The position numbers and the translations under genes are program-made. Positions 9,398 through 18,977 of a stretch of DNA of 64,000 nt are shown here, one piece after another. The notes under the pieces are model-generated. The model did not search any database. It saw nothing but the letters and a program-made list of their open reading frames with translations, and was not told where the DNA came from. This stretch comes from Alphaproteobacteria bacterium (GTDB lineage Bacteria > Pseudomonadota > Alphaproteobacteria > GCA-2731375), in assembly GCA_965232515.1 (NCBI GenBank), contig CBDDPY010000002.1, positions 5,312,001-5,376,000 of the forward strand. Reading direction: 5' to 3'. The stretch's first letter is position 1; the number at the start of each line of letters is the position of its first letter.

Positions 9398-9504
9398 AAC
9401 GGCTCTCTGTTGCCTTCGACGGCCGGCGCTGTGACGCGCCGACAGATCCTTGCCCGCGTTTGAACGCGCCATTGCCCTCGCCGATCGCCAATCTTCAAAC
9501 ATGG

Positions 9505-9519
9505 TTTAGGAGTTCTTAA
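9505..9519. promoter_or_regulatory. CtrA-like box upstream of the MotA/TolQ cassette
   Basis: Minus strand reads TTAA-GAACTCC-TAAACCAT. Two GANTC sites lie nearby (9537, 9558). Confidence 0.45.
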
Positions 9520-9613
9520 CCACTCCAGGCGACGATGATTCGTTTCTTAAGCGTAGCGAATCAATTTGGGGGGAAGAGGCGATGAGGACCTAGCGGAATG
9601 ATCGGAGCAAGTA

Positions 9614-10360
9614 ATGGGCATTGAACGCATGTCGGTTTTTTCGGGCGCAACGGGCGCTGTTGACTATGCCGGATTTTCCGGCGGCGCCTCGGATAAGTCC
9701 GATCAGTCCGCGACGGCGGCGTCATTGCTCGGCGATGCCCAGAAATTCTTGCTGCTGCTCCAGTTCATCGTCGTCAACCTGCCCGCGTTCGCGCTGCTCG
9801 CGGCGGCCTATCTGCAGGGCTGGATCGATGTCGTCATCGCCGCCGACGGCACCGGCCTCAGTGTCGGCATCTTCCTGGTGTTTCTGGGCGGCCTGGCGAT
9901 CTGCGCGCAGAAAATCTGGGCCGTCAGCGCCGAGTTGAACAACGTCGACCTCGCTCAGCCCAATCCGCTGTCCTGGGCGGCCCGCTATCTCGGCGAGGTC
10001 GCGAACCGCGAAGCCGGCAGCCGCGCCATTTCCGCTTCCGCCCTGCGCGTCAAGGTCTTCAACCGTATCGCCGTCGTCCGCCACGTCGCCAACAGCCTGG
10101 TGCTGCTTGGCCTGATCGGCACCGTGCTCGGCTTCATCATCGCGCTGTCCGGCGTCGACCCGTCGGTCGCCGGCAACGTCCAGGCCATCGCGCCGATGGT
10201 CACCGGCCTGATCGAGGGCATGTCGGTGGCGCTCTACACCACACTCGTCGGCGCCGTGCTGAACCTTTGGCTGATGGTGAACTACCACATGCTGGCCGGC
10301 GGCGCCGTCAAGCTGGTGACCCGCCTGATCGCGATCGGGGAAGCCAATGCACGGCATTGA
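9614..10360 (+). CDS. MotA/TolQ/ExbB proton channel family protein
   Basis: LLGLIGTVLGFI...GMSVALYTTLVG. Confidence 0.88.
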   Translation: MGIERMSVFSGATGAVDYAGFSGGASDKSDQSATAASLLGDAQKFLLLLQFIVVNLPAFALLAAAYLQGWIDVVIAADGTGLSVGIFLVFLGGLAICAQKIWAVSAELNNVDLAQPNPLSWAARYLGEVANREAGSRAISASALRVKVFNRIAVVRHVANSLVLLGLIGTVLGFIIALSGVDPSVAGNVQAIAPMVTGLIEGMSVALYTTLVGAVLNLWLMVNYHMLAGGAVKLVTRLIAIGEANARH

Positions 10361-10949
10361 TTTCGCCGAGGATGCCAACGACGACAGCACGGTCTTCCGC
10401 GATGTCATCATGCTGGCGCTGCTCGGCTTCGTCACCATCGTCATCCTGCTGCTGCCGCATATAAATCCGCCGACCGTCGCCGAGGCGACCACCGATCCGC
10501 CCGGCAATGTGCTGGTCGAGGTGCGCTGGCCGGACGAGTTCGACAGCGATGTCGACCTCTGGGTGCAGGCGCCGGGCGACCTGCCGGTCGGCTATTCCAA
10601 TACCGGCGGCGACGTCTTCAACCTGCTGCGCGACGATCTCGGCCACAGCAAGGACGTCACCAACGTCAACTACGAGGTCGCCTACAGCCGCGGTACGCCG
10701 GCCGGCGAATACACGGTCAACCTGCATCTCTACCGCAACAATGCCGGCCGCTTTCCGATTCCCGTCACCGTCCAGGTCAGCCTGAAGAACCGCAAGAAGG
10801 GCCCGCCGGCCAAGATCGCGCTCGAACAGGTCGAGATGCGGCGGATCGGCGAGGAGCAGACCATCGTGCGGTTCTCGCTCGACGACGAGGGCAATCTCGT
10901 GCCGGGCAGCGTCCATCATCTGCCGCGGGGCCTGCGCACGTCACGCTAG
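10347..10949 (+). CDS. Single-pass membrane protein, likely stator B-type partner
   Basis: N-terminal FRDVIMLALLGF (Asp before the TM helix), periplasmic beta domain with DVDLWV and LLRDDLG; overlaps the upstream gene. Confidence 0.7.
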   Translation: MHGIDFAEDANDDSTVFRDVIMLALLGFVTIVILLLPHINPPTVAEATTDPPGNVLVEVRWPDEFDSDVDLWVQAPGDLPVGYSNTGGDVFNLLRDDLGHSKDVTNVNYEVAYSRGTPAGEYTVNLHLYRNNAGRFPIPVTVQVSLKNRKKGPPAKIALEQVEMRRIGEEQTIVRFSLDDEGNLVPGSVHHLPRGLRTSR

Positions 10950-10981
10950 TCCGCGGCACGGCCAGATCCGGATAGAACGCC

Positions 10982-11461
10982 ATGGATAGCCAGATCTACC
11001 TGTTCGCCATCATGGTCCTGGTCGCGGCCGGTCTCGCCGGCATCACCATATGGTCGCGACGGCGCATCGCGGTCAAGCTGGTGGCCATCGGCCTGGCCGC
11101 GATCCTGATGGCGGCGTCCTATGTCAGCCTGGTCGAGCTGCTCGGCCGGCCCAAGCCGGTGGTCCTGGAATGGACGCAAGCCCATGTCGATCAGGCCGAG
11201 GTCCTGGCCGCCCGCCTGCACGAGGGCGAGGCGATCTACGTCTGGCTGCAGTTCCCGGACAACCCGCAGCCGCGCGCCTATGCCATGCCGTGGGACAAGG
11301 AGCAGGCCGAGGAACTGCAGCAGGCCCGCCGCAAGGCCGAGGCCGAGGGCGCGGCCTTGCAGATGCGCAATCCCTTCGTCGGCACCCGCGACCCGAACGA
11401 GCCGCTGTTCCACCCCGAGCCGCCGAAAGCCCTGCCGCCAAAGACCGCGTCCACGAACTAG
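10982..11461 (+). CDS. Hypothetical membrane protein (2 TM plus soluble domain)
   Basis: Two hydrophobic helices, LLGRPKP, EGEAIYVWL, PRAY, Pro-rich C-terminus. Confidence 0.75.
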   Translation: MDSQIYLFAIMVLVAAGLAGITIWSRRRIAVKLVAIGLAAILMAASYVSLVELLGRPKPVVLEWTQAHVDQAEVLAARLHEGEAIYVWLQFPDNPQPRAYAMPWDKEQAEELQQARRKAEAEGAALQMRNPFVGTRDPNEPLFHPEPPKALPPKTASTN

Positions 11462-11489
11462 CGCCGGCGTCCGGGCTCTCCGAGCCGAC

Positions 11490-12893
11490 CTAGAACCGCA
11501 CCACTGCCGAGACCGAGACGATGTCGACGTTGCTGTCGTAGCTGCCGCTGAGGTCGCCGCGGGCGAGATTGCCCTGGTCGGACGCCCGCAGATTGGTCGA
11601 CACGTCAGGCAGGAACAGATGCGTGTAGGCCGCGCTCAGGCTCAGCCAGTCCTTCACCTGATAACCGGCGCCGATCGAGATCCAGTAGCGGTCGGCCTCG
11701 GGGATGCGCGGCGTGCGCCGTTCGGCGTCTTTCACGGTGCCTTCGTCGAAGGCGATGCCGCCGCGCAAGGTCAGCGCCTCGGTCGGCCGGTAGGTGGCGC
11801 CCAGCGACAAGAACCAGGAGTCCTTCCAACTCTCGTCCGTGAAGCTCGGATCGTCGGCCGGATTGTCGAACTCGATGATCAGCGCGTCGAAGGCGCTCCA
11901 GCGCGTCCAGGCCGCCTCCGCCATCACCGACCACTGGTCGTTGATGTCGTGGTGGACACCGAACGAGAACGATTCCGGCGCCTCGAAGTCGGCCTTGACG
12001 CCGCCGTCGGCGAACTGGCCGGTCGCGGCGTTCAGCACGCTGCCGACATTGCCCAAATCGAAATCGACATCGTCGTCTTCCAGCGTGTGCTCGATGCGCG
12101 ACCGGTAGGCGATACCGAAGCGGGTCGCGTCGGAAAGCTCGTACAGCATGCCGAGATTGAAGCCGAAGCCGACATCGTGGCCGCGCAGCACCACCCGGCC
12201 GTCCTGCTGCACGTTGCCCGGCGACGGCGTGATGCCGGCGCCCGCCAGCACGGCGGCCAGGGTCGGCGAGCTCGCGGCGCCGAGCGCGGCGATGGTACCG
12301 AAGTCGACGGCGTTCGACAGCTTCACGTCGATATACTGGATCTGTGCGCCGACGCCGATCGACACGCCGTCGGCGACCTCATAGGCGGCGGCCGGGTTGA
12401 TGTTCACGGTGGTCGCGCGGGAATCGAGGGCATGATAGCGCCCGGCCCAGTCATCCTCGTAGTGCGTTTTCAAGCCGAACGGCGCGTTGACGCCGAGGCC
12501 GAGGTGCAGATCGTAGCGCGTCGCCCAGGTCAGATAGAGCGACGGCACGAAGGCGTCCTTGCCGATATCGCCGCCGCCGTCGTCGCCGGAGATCGGCGTG
12601 CCCAGCACGGTCGAGGCGCCTTCCAGATCGAACGTGGCCTTGGGAACGATCAGCGACAGCGACGTCGCCGCCTGCTTTCCCTCGTGCCGCGTCAGCCCGG
12701 CCGGATTGAAGAACATGTAGGAGATGTCGTCGGCGCCGGCCGTGGCGCCGGCAAAGGCGTTGCCTTGCGCCGTCGCCGACTGTTCCTTCAGCGCGAAACC
12801 GGCCGCGAACGCGGCCGGCGCGACAGCAAGCATCGCCAATCCTGCGGTCAGTGCAACCGCCGCTGACCGTGCTTCACCCATGGAACCGAGCAT
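11490..12893 (-). CDS. fadL: FadL/OmpP1 family outer-membrane transporter
   Basis: Signal peptide, AGFALKEQS, FFNPAGL, APFGL, RTPRIP, terminal Phe. Confidence 0.88.
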   Translation of the reverse strand: MLGSMGEARSAAVALTAGLAMLAVAPAAFAAGFALKEQSATAQGNAFAGATAGADDISYMFFNPAGLTRHEGKQAATSLSLIVPKATFDLEGASTVLGTPISGDDGGGDIGKDAFVPSLYLTWATRYDLHLGLGVNAPFGLKTHYEDDWAGRYHALDSRATTVNINPAAAYEVADGVSIGVGAQIQYIDVKLSNAVDFGTIAALGAASSPTLAAVLAGAGITPSPGNVQQDGRVVLRGHDVGFGFNLGMLYELSDATRFGIAYRSRIEHTLEDDDVDFDLGNVGSVLNAATGQFADGGVKADFEAPESFSFGVHHDINDQWSVMAEAAWTRWSAFDALIIEFDNPADDPSFTDESWKDSWFLSLGATYRPTEALTLRGGIAFDEGTVKDAERRTPRIPEADRYWISIGAGYQVKDWLSLSAAYTHLFLPDVSTNLRASDQGNLARGDLSGSYDSNVDIVSVSAVVRF

Positions 12894-13154
12894 GTGCTTT
12901 CCCCAGTTATTGTCCCCATCGCTCCCCCAACTCCGCGCCGGCGTAAACCCGCGGTAACGACACTGTCGTCGTTCTTTCACAATCCTGGGTGGTTGGTATA
13001 GTCCGGTCGGGCTGACGACCGTTCAAATTCTCGTGCGATATCCGACAGTCGCGGCCGCCGGACCGTTCCGGTTCCGCGCATCGGTCCGTCATGTTAGCTT
13101 CGCGGAAAAGCCCGAGACGCCGGCTATTCGACCGGCGCCGTGGGCGCGTAATTT

Positions 13155-14348
13155 GTGCAAGGGGCCCTCGACGTGGCGCTTTCCGGTATCCGTATCATCG
13201 ATCTCACGCGCATTCTGGCCGGGCCGTTCTGCTCCATGCTGCTGGCGGACATGGGCGCCGACGTGATCAAGGTCGAGTCACCCGGCAAGGGCGACCCGGT
13301 GCGCGGTCAGGGAGCCAAGAAAGACGGCCTCAGCTGGTACTACGCCCAGTTCAATCGCAACAAGAAGTCGATCACGCTCGACCTCTATACCGACGACGGC
13401 CGCGACGTGCTCGCCGATCTGCTGCGCGGCGCCGACGTCCTGATCGAGAACTACCGGCCCGGCGTGCTGGACAGGATGGGTTTCGACGAGGCCCGCCTGC
13501 GCGACCTAAACCCCGACCTGATCGTCACCAGCGTCAACGGCTATGGCAGCACGGGGCCTTATGTCGACCGGCCGTCCTTCGATTTCATTGCCCAGGCCAT
13601 GAGCGGTTTCATGAGCGTGAACGGCACCGCCGAGGGCGGCCCGCTCAGATCGGGACCGCCGATGAGCGATCTGGTCGCCGGCCTTTATGCCGCCTTCGGT
13701 ACGGCCTGTGCGCTCGCCGGTCGCGGCCGTGCCGGCGGGCAACGGGTGGAAGCGAGCCTCACCAACGGCCTGATCAGCATGCTGGCCTATCTCAGCGCCG
13801 ATTATTTCATCACCGGCCAGCCGCCGGCGCGCACCGGCAACGATCATCCCATCGTCGCGCCCTACGGGCTGTTCCACGCATCCGACGGCGATGTCGCCGT
13901 CGCGCCCAGCAACGACGCGTTCGTGCGCCGCTTCCTCGAGATGCTGGATCTCGAGCATCTGCTGGACGATCCGGATTTCGCCAGCAACGACCGGCGCATG
14001 GCGAACCGGGATCGCATCCATGCGCTGGTAAACGAGAAGATCGGCGGGCAGACCGTCGATCACTGGATCGAGGTGCTCAATAAGGCCGGCGTGCCCTGCG
14101 GCCGGGCGATGGGCCTGGACGAGGTGTTCGAAGATCCGCAGGTGCTGGCCCAGGACATGGTGATGGACGTGCCGCATCCGGGCCACGGCAATGTGCGGAT
14201 GACCGGCTTTCCGGTCAAGCTGAGCGGCACGCCCTGCCAGGTACGGCTGCCGGCGCCGGCGTTGGGCGCGCATACGGACGAGGTGTTGCGGGCGCTCGGC
14301 TACGTCGACGACCGCATCGCCGAATTGCGGCGGCAGGGAACGATCTAA
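13155..14348 (+). CDS. CaiB/BaiF (family III) CoA-transferase
   Basis: DLTRILAGPFC, GADVIKVE, NRNKKS, ENYRPG, FDFIAQAMSG. Confidence 0.93.
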   Translation: MQGALDVALSGIRIIDLTRILAGPFCSMLLADMGADVIKVESPGKGDPVRGQGAKKDGLSWYYAQFNRNKKSITLDLYTDDGRDVLADLLRGADVLIENYRPGVLDRMGFDEARLRDLNPDLIVTSVNGYGSTGPYVDRPSFDFIAQAMSGFMSVNGTAEGGPLRSGPPMSDLVAGLYAAFGTACALAGRGRAGGQRVEASLTNGLISMLAYLSADYFITGQPPARTGNDHPIVAPYGLFHASDGDVAVAPSNDAFVRRFLEMLDLEHLLDDPDFASNDRRMANRDRIHALVNEKIGGQTVDHWIEVLNKAGVPCGRAMGLDEVFEDPQVLAQDMVMDVPHPGHGNVRMTGFPVKLSGTPCQVRLPAPALGAHTDEVLRALGYVDDRIAELRRQGTI

Positions 14349-14352
14349 TCCG

Positions 14353-15945
14353 CTAGCCGCGTCGCGCTTCCAGCGGCGCGCGGGCGCCGCCGACCTGGGT
14401 CAGGGCGTAGCTGGGATCGTCGACCGTCGACAGGTCCACGACGCCGGATTCCTCGATGCCGAATTCGTTGCGCACCCGGTGCGCCGGCAGCACGACGGTC
14501 ACCGACGTGCCGTGACCGTACTCGCTGTCGACGCTGATCGTGCCGTCGTGGCGCTCGACGAAGTTCCGGCACAGGGCCAGCCCGAGCCCGGTGCCCTGCT
14601 GGTCCTTCCGCGTATCCGACGGGCCGGCCTGGACATAAGCGACGAAGATGCGCGACAGGTCCTCGCGTTTGATCCCGATGCCGGTGTCGCTGACGCGCAG
14701 CGCGAAATCACCCTCGTCGGTCAGTCCGCACTCGACCCGGACTTCGCCCTGGGCCGGGGTGAACTTGATGGCGTTCGAAATCAGGTTCAGCGCGATCTGC
14801 GAGATCATTCGGTCATCGGCATAGAGCAGCGTGCCGCGCGGCATCATGTCGTCGAGCTGCAGCCGGACATTGCCATGCTCGGCCTGGGCCTGCATCGAGC
14901 CGACCGCGTTCTCGATGGTCTCGGAGACATCGAATGTGGCTTCGTACAGCTCCAGACGGCCGGCCTCGGCCTTCGACAGGTCCAGCAGTTCGTTGATCAG
15001 GTTCAGCAGGTGCGCACCCGATCGGTGAATGAAGTCGACATACTCCACATACTTCAAATTGCCGACGGGCCCCAATGCCTCGGTCTGCATCATTTCCGCG
15101 AAACCCAGGATCGAGTTCAGCGGCGTGCGCAGTTCGTGGCTCATGTTGGCCAGGAACTGCGACTTCATCTCGTTCGCCTGCTCGGCTTGCTGCTTGGCCA
15201 GTTGCAATGCCTGCTCGGCTTCCTTGCGGGCGCTGATATCGCGCAGGGTCGCGAGATAGGCCGGCGCGTCTTCCCAGACGGTCCGCATGACCCGCATTTC
15301 GGCCGTCGTGCGCTGGCCGTCGTTCCGCATCAGGTTGATCTCGGTATTGTCGCCGCCTTCCAGGGGAATACCGAACCGGCTGCCGATCAGATGCACGATC
15401 GGCCGCTGCATCAGTTGTCCGGCGACATCGTTCGCGAAGCGGATGACCCCGTCTTCGTCGATCACCAGCATGGCGTCGGAGTTGCTGGCGATCAGGCTCT
15501 GGAACTGCTCCTTGACCGCCACGGCGTTGCGGCGCTCCCGGATCAGCTGGGTCGCCATGCCGTGACGCTCGACCGCCTGACGCAGGGTCCGCATCAGCGC
15601 CCGGCCGTCCAGCGTGCCCTTGACGACATATTCGACCGCGCCGGCGCGGATTGCCGCTTCGGCCGTCTCGGCGTCCTCGACGTCGGTCAGCACGATCAGC
15701 GGCGCGTCGGCGCTGCCGTGCAGCGCGGCGATGTCGCTGGCCAGGTCGGTCGCGTCGGCGATGAAGGGGTCGAGCAGAACGATGTCGACCTGATAGCGGG
15801 ACAGTATATCCACGGCCGACGAAATAGACACGACATGGAACAGCTCGTACGAACAGGGCCCGAACCTTGAAAAGCTGTTCCGGATCGTCTGCGCCGAATC
15901 CCGATTGGGATCGATCAGCAGAACGGTCAACGCAACGCGATGCAT
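14353..15945 (-). CDS. Hybrid histidine kinase REC-PAS-HisKA-HATPase, PleC/DivJ-like transmitter
   Basis: N-terminal REC, PAS, FLANMSHELRTPLNSILGFAEM, NLISNAIKFT, DTGIGI, GTGLGL. Confidence 0.92.
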   Translation of the reverse strand: MHRVALTVLLIDPNRDSAQTIRNSFSRFGPCSYELFHVVSISSAVDILSRYQVDIVLLDPFIADATDLASDIAALHGSADAPLIVLTDVEDAETAEAAIRAGAVEYVVKGTLDGRALMRTLRQAVERHGMATQLIRERRNAVAVKEQFQSLIASNSDAMLVIDEDGVIRFANDVAGQLMQRPIVHLIGSRFGIPLEGGDNTEINLMRNDGQRTTAEMRVMRTVWEDAPAYLATLRDISARKEAEQALQLAKQQAEQANEMKSQFLANMSHELRTPLNSILGFAEMMQTEALGPVGNLKYVEYVDFIHRSGAHLLNLINELLDLSKAEAGRLELYEATFDVSETIENAVGSMQAQAEHGNVRLQLDDMMPRGTLLYADDRMISQIALNLISNAIKFTPAQGEVRVECGLTDEGDFALRVSDTGIGIKREDLSRIFVAYVQAGPSDTRKDQQGTGLGLALCRNFVERHDGTISVDSEYGHGTSVTVVLPAHRVRNEFGIEESGVVDLSTVDDPSYALTQVGGARAPLEARRG

Positions 15946-15996
15946 TTTCCTTAACCTTTAACGACCGGCATCGATGTGAATATTGGCCGTCAATTG

Positions 15997-16040
15997 GTAA
16001 ACATGCCGTAAACCATGTTCAGCAACGGCTAATTAACCAT
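15997..16040. promoter_or_regulatory. CtrA-like sites upstream of the hybrid kinase
   Basis: TAAA-CATGCCG-TAAACCAT (15998-16016) and half-site TTAACCAT (16033-16040) in an AT-rich spacer. Confidence 0.4.
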
Positions 16041-16105
16041 AGCGGGGAAAAGGAAGAGGGTATTTCGTCTTTGCTGATCGGGCCCGGATCGACGCGGACT
16101 TAGGT

Positions 16106-17620
16106 TTACTCTTCGAACAGCTTCGCCAGGCGTTCCGCCTCGTCGGGCGCGACGTTGTGGGGATTGCCCGACAGGATGCCGACGACGTTTCGGAACTGGG
16201 CGCCGAGCGTCATGCCGGTCTTGTCGATCCGATACTCGCGGATGCTCTTTTCGTGCACCGAACCGCGCATCTTCAGAACGGTCAGGCCGCGCCGCATCTC
16301 GCCGAACATCTCGACGTAACGCAACAGCACGATGGAGTCCGTGATGGTCGAGATATGAGCCTCCGTCACCGACGTGCCGCCCAGCAACGTCGGTGTGGTC
16401 GACGTGACCATCGTGGCGATTTCCTTCTGCTTCACGAACGACGTCAAGCCGATGCAGAACTCGCGGAAACCTTTCTCGCTGGAGATCCGTTCCAACGCCG
16501 ACAGGCTGTCGACGGCGACGCGGTCCGGCCGGAACTCGTCGATCTGATCGCGGATGCTGATCAGATGGTCTTCCAGGCTCTGCATCTCGGGATAGACGCA
16601 GGACACACGCAGTGTGCCGTTCGCCTCCAGCGAGCCGAAGTCGTAACCCCAGCTCGCGGCATTGCGGGACAACTGGTCGTGGCTTTCTTCGAAGGCCAGG
16701 AACAGACATTTGTCGCCGGCCTGCGCGCCGGCGCCGATGAACTGCGTCGCCGACAGCGTCTTGCCGGTGCCCGTCGCGCCCGACACCAGGATCACCGAAT
16801 CCCGGAAGAAGCCGCCACCGCACATCTCGTCCAGCTTGTCGTTGCCCGACGTGACACGAATATTGGTCGAGCCCTGGGTCAGGCCGATGGCGGCCAACGG
16901 AATGACCTCGACGCCCTTATGCGGCACGACCGAGAACGGATACTCGCCCTTCGCATGCGTGGTGCCGCGGAACTTCAGGACTTCCAGCGTCCGGCGGCGC
17001 TTTTCGGCGTCCAGTGCATTGCGCAGGATGATGACGTTGTCGGCGACGAACTCCTCGACGCCGAAGCGGGCGATCTCGCCGTATTCGTCGGTGCGCTCGA
17101 CGGTCAGGACCGAGGTCACGCCCAGCTCGCGCAGCGAGGCGGTGATGCGCAACAGCTCGCGCCGGACCGTGGCCGCGTCACTGAATTCGGCGAACACCGC
17201 GCCCAATGAATCCAGCGTCACCCGCTTGGCGTTGGTCCGGCTGATCGCCGCTTCGACCCGGACCAGCAGACCGCCGAAATCGAAATCGCCGGTCAGGATC
17301 GGCTCGGCGCCGGGCGTGGGCGACGCGTCGATGAACGTCCACTTGCCTTCCTCTTCCCAGGTGGCGACGTCCCAGCCGAAGCCGCGCATGTTGCGGCGGA
17401 TTTCGGCAGCCGGTTCCTCGAAGGTGATGAACACGCCGGCTTCGTCGAACTGCTGGATCCCGGCCGCCAGAAAATGCGAGGCGAACACGGTCTTCGCGCT
17501 GCCCGAGGTACCGGCGACCAGGGTCGTCCGGGCCTCCGGCAGACCACCGAACGAAATATGGTCGAAGCCGGAAACGCCGGTATTGATCTTTGGAATCGAC
17601 TGATCGGCCTGGGTCATCAT
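16106..17620 (-). CDS. kaiC: Circadian clock ATPase KaiC (KaiC3-like, double domain)
   Basis: CI P-loop GTSGSAKT plus EE, CII P-loop GATGTGKT plus EE, phosphosites in HISTITD, KMRGS, RNVVGILSGNP tail. Confidence 0.97.
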   Translation of the reverse strand: MMTQADQSIPKINTGVSGFDHISFGGLPEARTTLVAGTSGSAKTVFASHFLAAGIQQFDEAGVFITFEEPAAEIRRNMRGFGWDVATWEEEGKWTFIDASPTPGAEPILTGDFDFGGLLVRVEAAISRTNAKRVTLDSLGAVFAEFSDAATVRRELLRITASLRELGVTSVLTVERTDEYGEIARFGVEEFVADNVIILRNALDAEKRRRTLEVLKFRGTTHAKGEYPFSVVPHKGVEVIPLAAIGLTQGSTNIRVTSGNDKLDEMCGGGFFRDSVILVSGATGTGKTLSATQFIGAGAQAGDKCLFLAFEESHDQLSRNAASWGYDFGSLEANGTLRVSCVYPEMQSLEDHLISIRDQIDEFRPDRVAVDSLSALERISSEKGFREFCIGLTSFVKQKEIATMVTSTTPTLLGGTSVTEAHISTITDSIVLLRYVEMFGEMRRGLTVLKMRGSVHEKSIREYRIDKTGMTLGAQFRNVVGILSGNPHNVAPDEAERLAKLFEE

Positions 17621-17929
17621 TTACGCGGTATCTCCGTTACTGCCATCCGGATTCAGATTCAGGCCGACCAGCACACGTTCCTTTTCCGTCAGGTCGCCGA
17701 TTATGGTGCGCATGGGCGGCGGCAATTCCTTGATCACCGTCGGCGTCGCCAGGATCCGGTCCTCCTCGGCCAGGTTCGGGTGCTCCAGCACGTCGATGAT
17801 CAACAGTTCGTATCGGTTATCCAGGGTGTCGCGGCAGATCTGCCGCAGTGTCGTGATCGCGTTCTCCGAGCGCTCGGTGCGTCCGGTAATGAACAGCTTC
17901 AAGACATACCGTTCCGTGTCGCTATTCAT
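17621..17929 (-). CDS. kaiB: Circadian clock protein KaiB (KaiB3-like)
   Basis: YVLKLFITG, IDVLEHPNLAEEDRILATPT, LPPP, IIGDL; stop codon abuts the kaiC ATG. Confidence 0.96.
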   Translation of the reverse strand: MNSDTERYVLKLFITGRTERSENAITTLRQICRDTLDNRYELLIIDVLEHPNLAEEDRILATPTVIKELPPPMRTIIGDLTEKERVLVGLNLNPDGSNGDTA

Positions 17930-18806
17930 GGCCGGACCCCCTTTCAACTGGATCTGCTGTGGGACCATGGCCGCGTCCCAGGGCGAAGACGCGATACTCG
18001 CCGGCGAGATATCCCATCATTTCGAGCAGGACAATCCGGCCCTCTGTCGACATCGCTTTGGCTTTGCGGCCGGTCATGTTTGCTGTCCGTGCCTTCATTG
18101 CAGACAAATGAATTTCGATGACGTCGCGGGGCGCGACCTTCAGGCGTCCCAGTCGCACGGCCAGCTGCTTCAAACGCGGCGGCACGTTCAGATCGGCCTG
18201 GGTGACGGTCTGGTTGACCGCGGCTTCCATCAGCTCGCCATACTCGTTGACAATGTCCGAAAACTGCAGCGGCGCCCCGTCCTGAAGCCGGGTGACCTGG
18301 AATGCCCGCGCCGACGTGCTGGCCAGCGGCGGCGCTGCCAGGCGCTCCAGCGATCCGCGTTCTCGGGCCTGCTGCGCTTCGTATTCCGCCGCTTCCAAAC
18401 GCATCAATATCTTGTGACGCTCCAACGCGTAGCGTACCGAGCGGCGTACCAGTTCCGGATTGAGATCGCCCTTGACCAGAAAGTCCTGCGCACCGACCTG
18501 GATCGCCTTCAGGCCAAGGTCGGCGTCATCGAGTCCCGTCAGCACGATGATCGGCACCGAAGGCGCCGCCGCGTACAGAGATTCCAATGTCGCCAGGCCT
18601 TCGGTATCGGGCAGGTTCAGATCGAGAATCGCCAGATCGACAGGCTCATTCTGGATCAGGCCGAGGCTGTCGCTCAGCGTCTCGGCCTCGCGAAAATCGA
18701 AACTGTCGCTCTCGACGTCTTTGAGCCGCTGGCGAAACAATGCACGCTCGGCGGCGTCGTCGTCGATCAGGAGGACGCTCTTCGGTTGCCGATGTGCAAG
18801 CTGCAC
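17922..18806 (-). CDS. kaiA3: Receiver domain fused to a KaiA-like C-terminal domain (KaiA3-like)
   Basis: Intact REC (IDDD, ILD, LT, VK) plus helical C-domain LGRLKVAPRDVIEIH...EGRIVLLEMMGYLAGEYR; directly upstream of and overlapping kaiB. Confidence 0.8.
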   Translation of the reverse strand: MQLAHRQPKSVLLIDDDAAERALFRQRLKDVESDSFDFREAETLSDSLGLIQNEPVDLAILDLNLPDTEGLATLESLYAAAPSVPIIVLTGLDDADLGLKAIQVGAQDFLVKGDLNPELVRRSVRYALERHKILMRLEAAEYEAQQARERGSLERLAAPPLASTSARAFQVTRLQDGAPLQFSDIVNEYGELMEAAVNQTVTQADLNVPPRLKQLAVRLGRLKVAPRDVIEIHLSAMKARTANMTGRKAKAMSTEGRIVLLEMMGYLAGEYRVFALGRGHGPTADPVERGSGHE

Positions 18807-18977
18807 GGATTGACCTCGAAACCGCCCGCGCGACCCCCTCGGACGGATAATGCCTCAATATTCCACTTAGTCGAGGAAAATCCTGAAATAATTCGGTAAT
18901 TTAGAACCTTCTTATACTATTCGCTTGGCGTCGGTTTGCAGACAAGCCGAGTAAAAGCGCGCGAGTTATTCACGCTA

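Noticed and set aside
7064-9502. Long opposite-strand ORFs (812 aa here; also 29172..31787, 41128..44046, 60720..63131, 11121..12866)
   Set aside because: Typical high-GC shadow ORFs over well-supported genes, with no recognisable motifs
9614-10949. Zorya defence system or flagellar motAB
   Set aside because: No long ZorA tail, no OmpA-like peptidoglycan-binding domain, and no zorCDE or flagellar context
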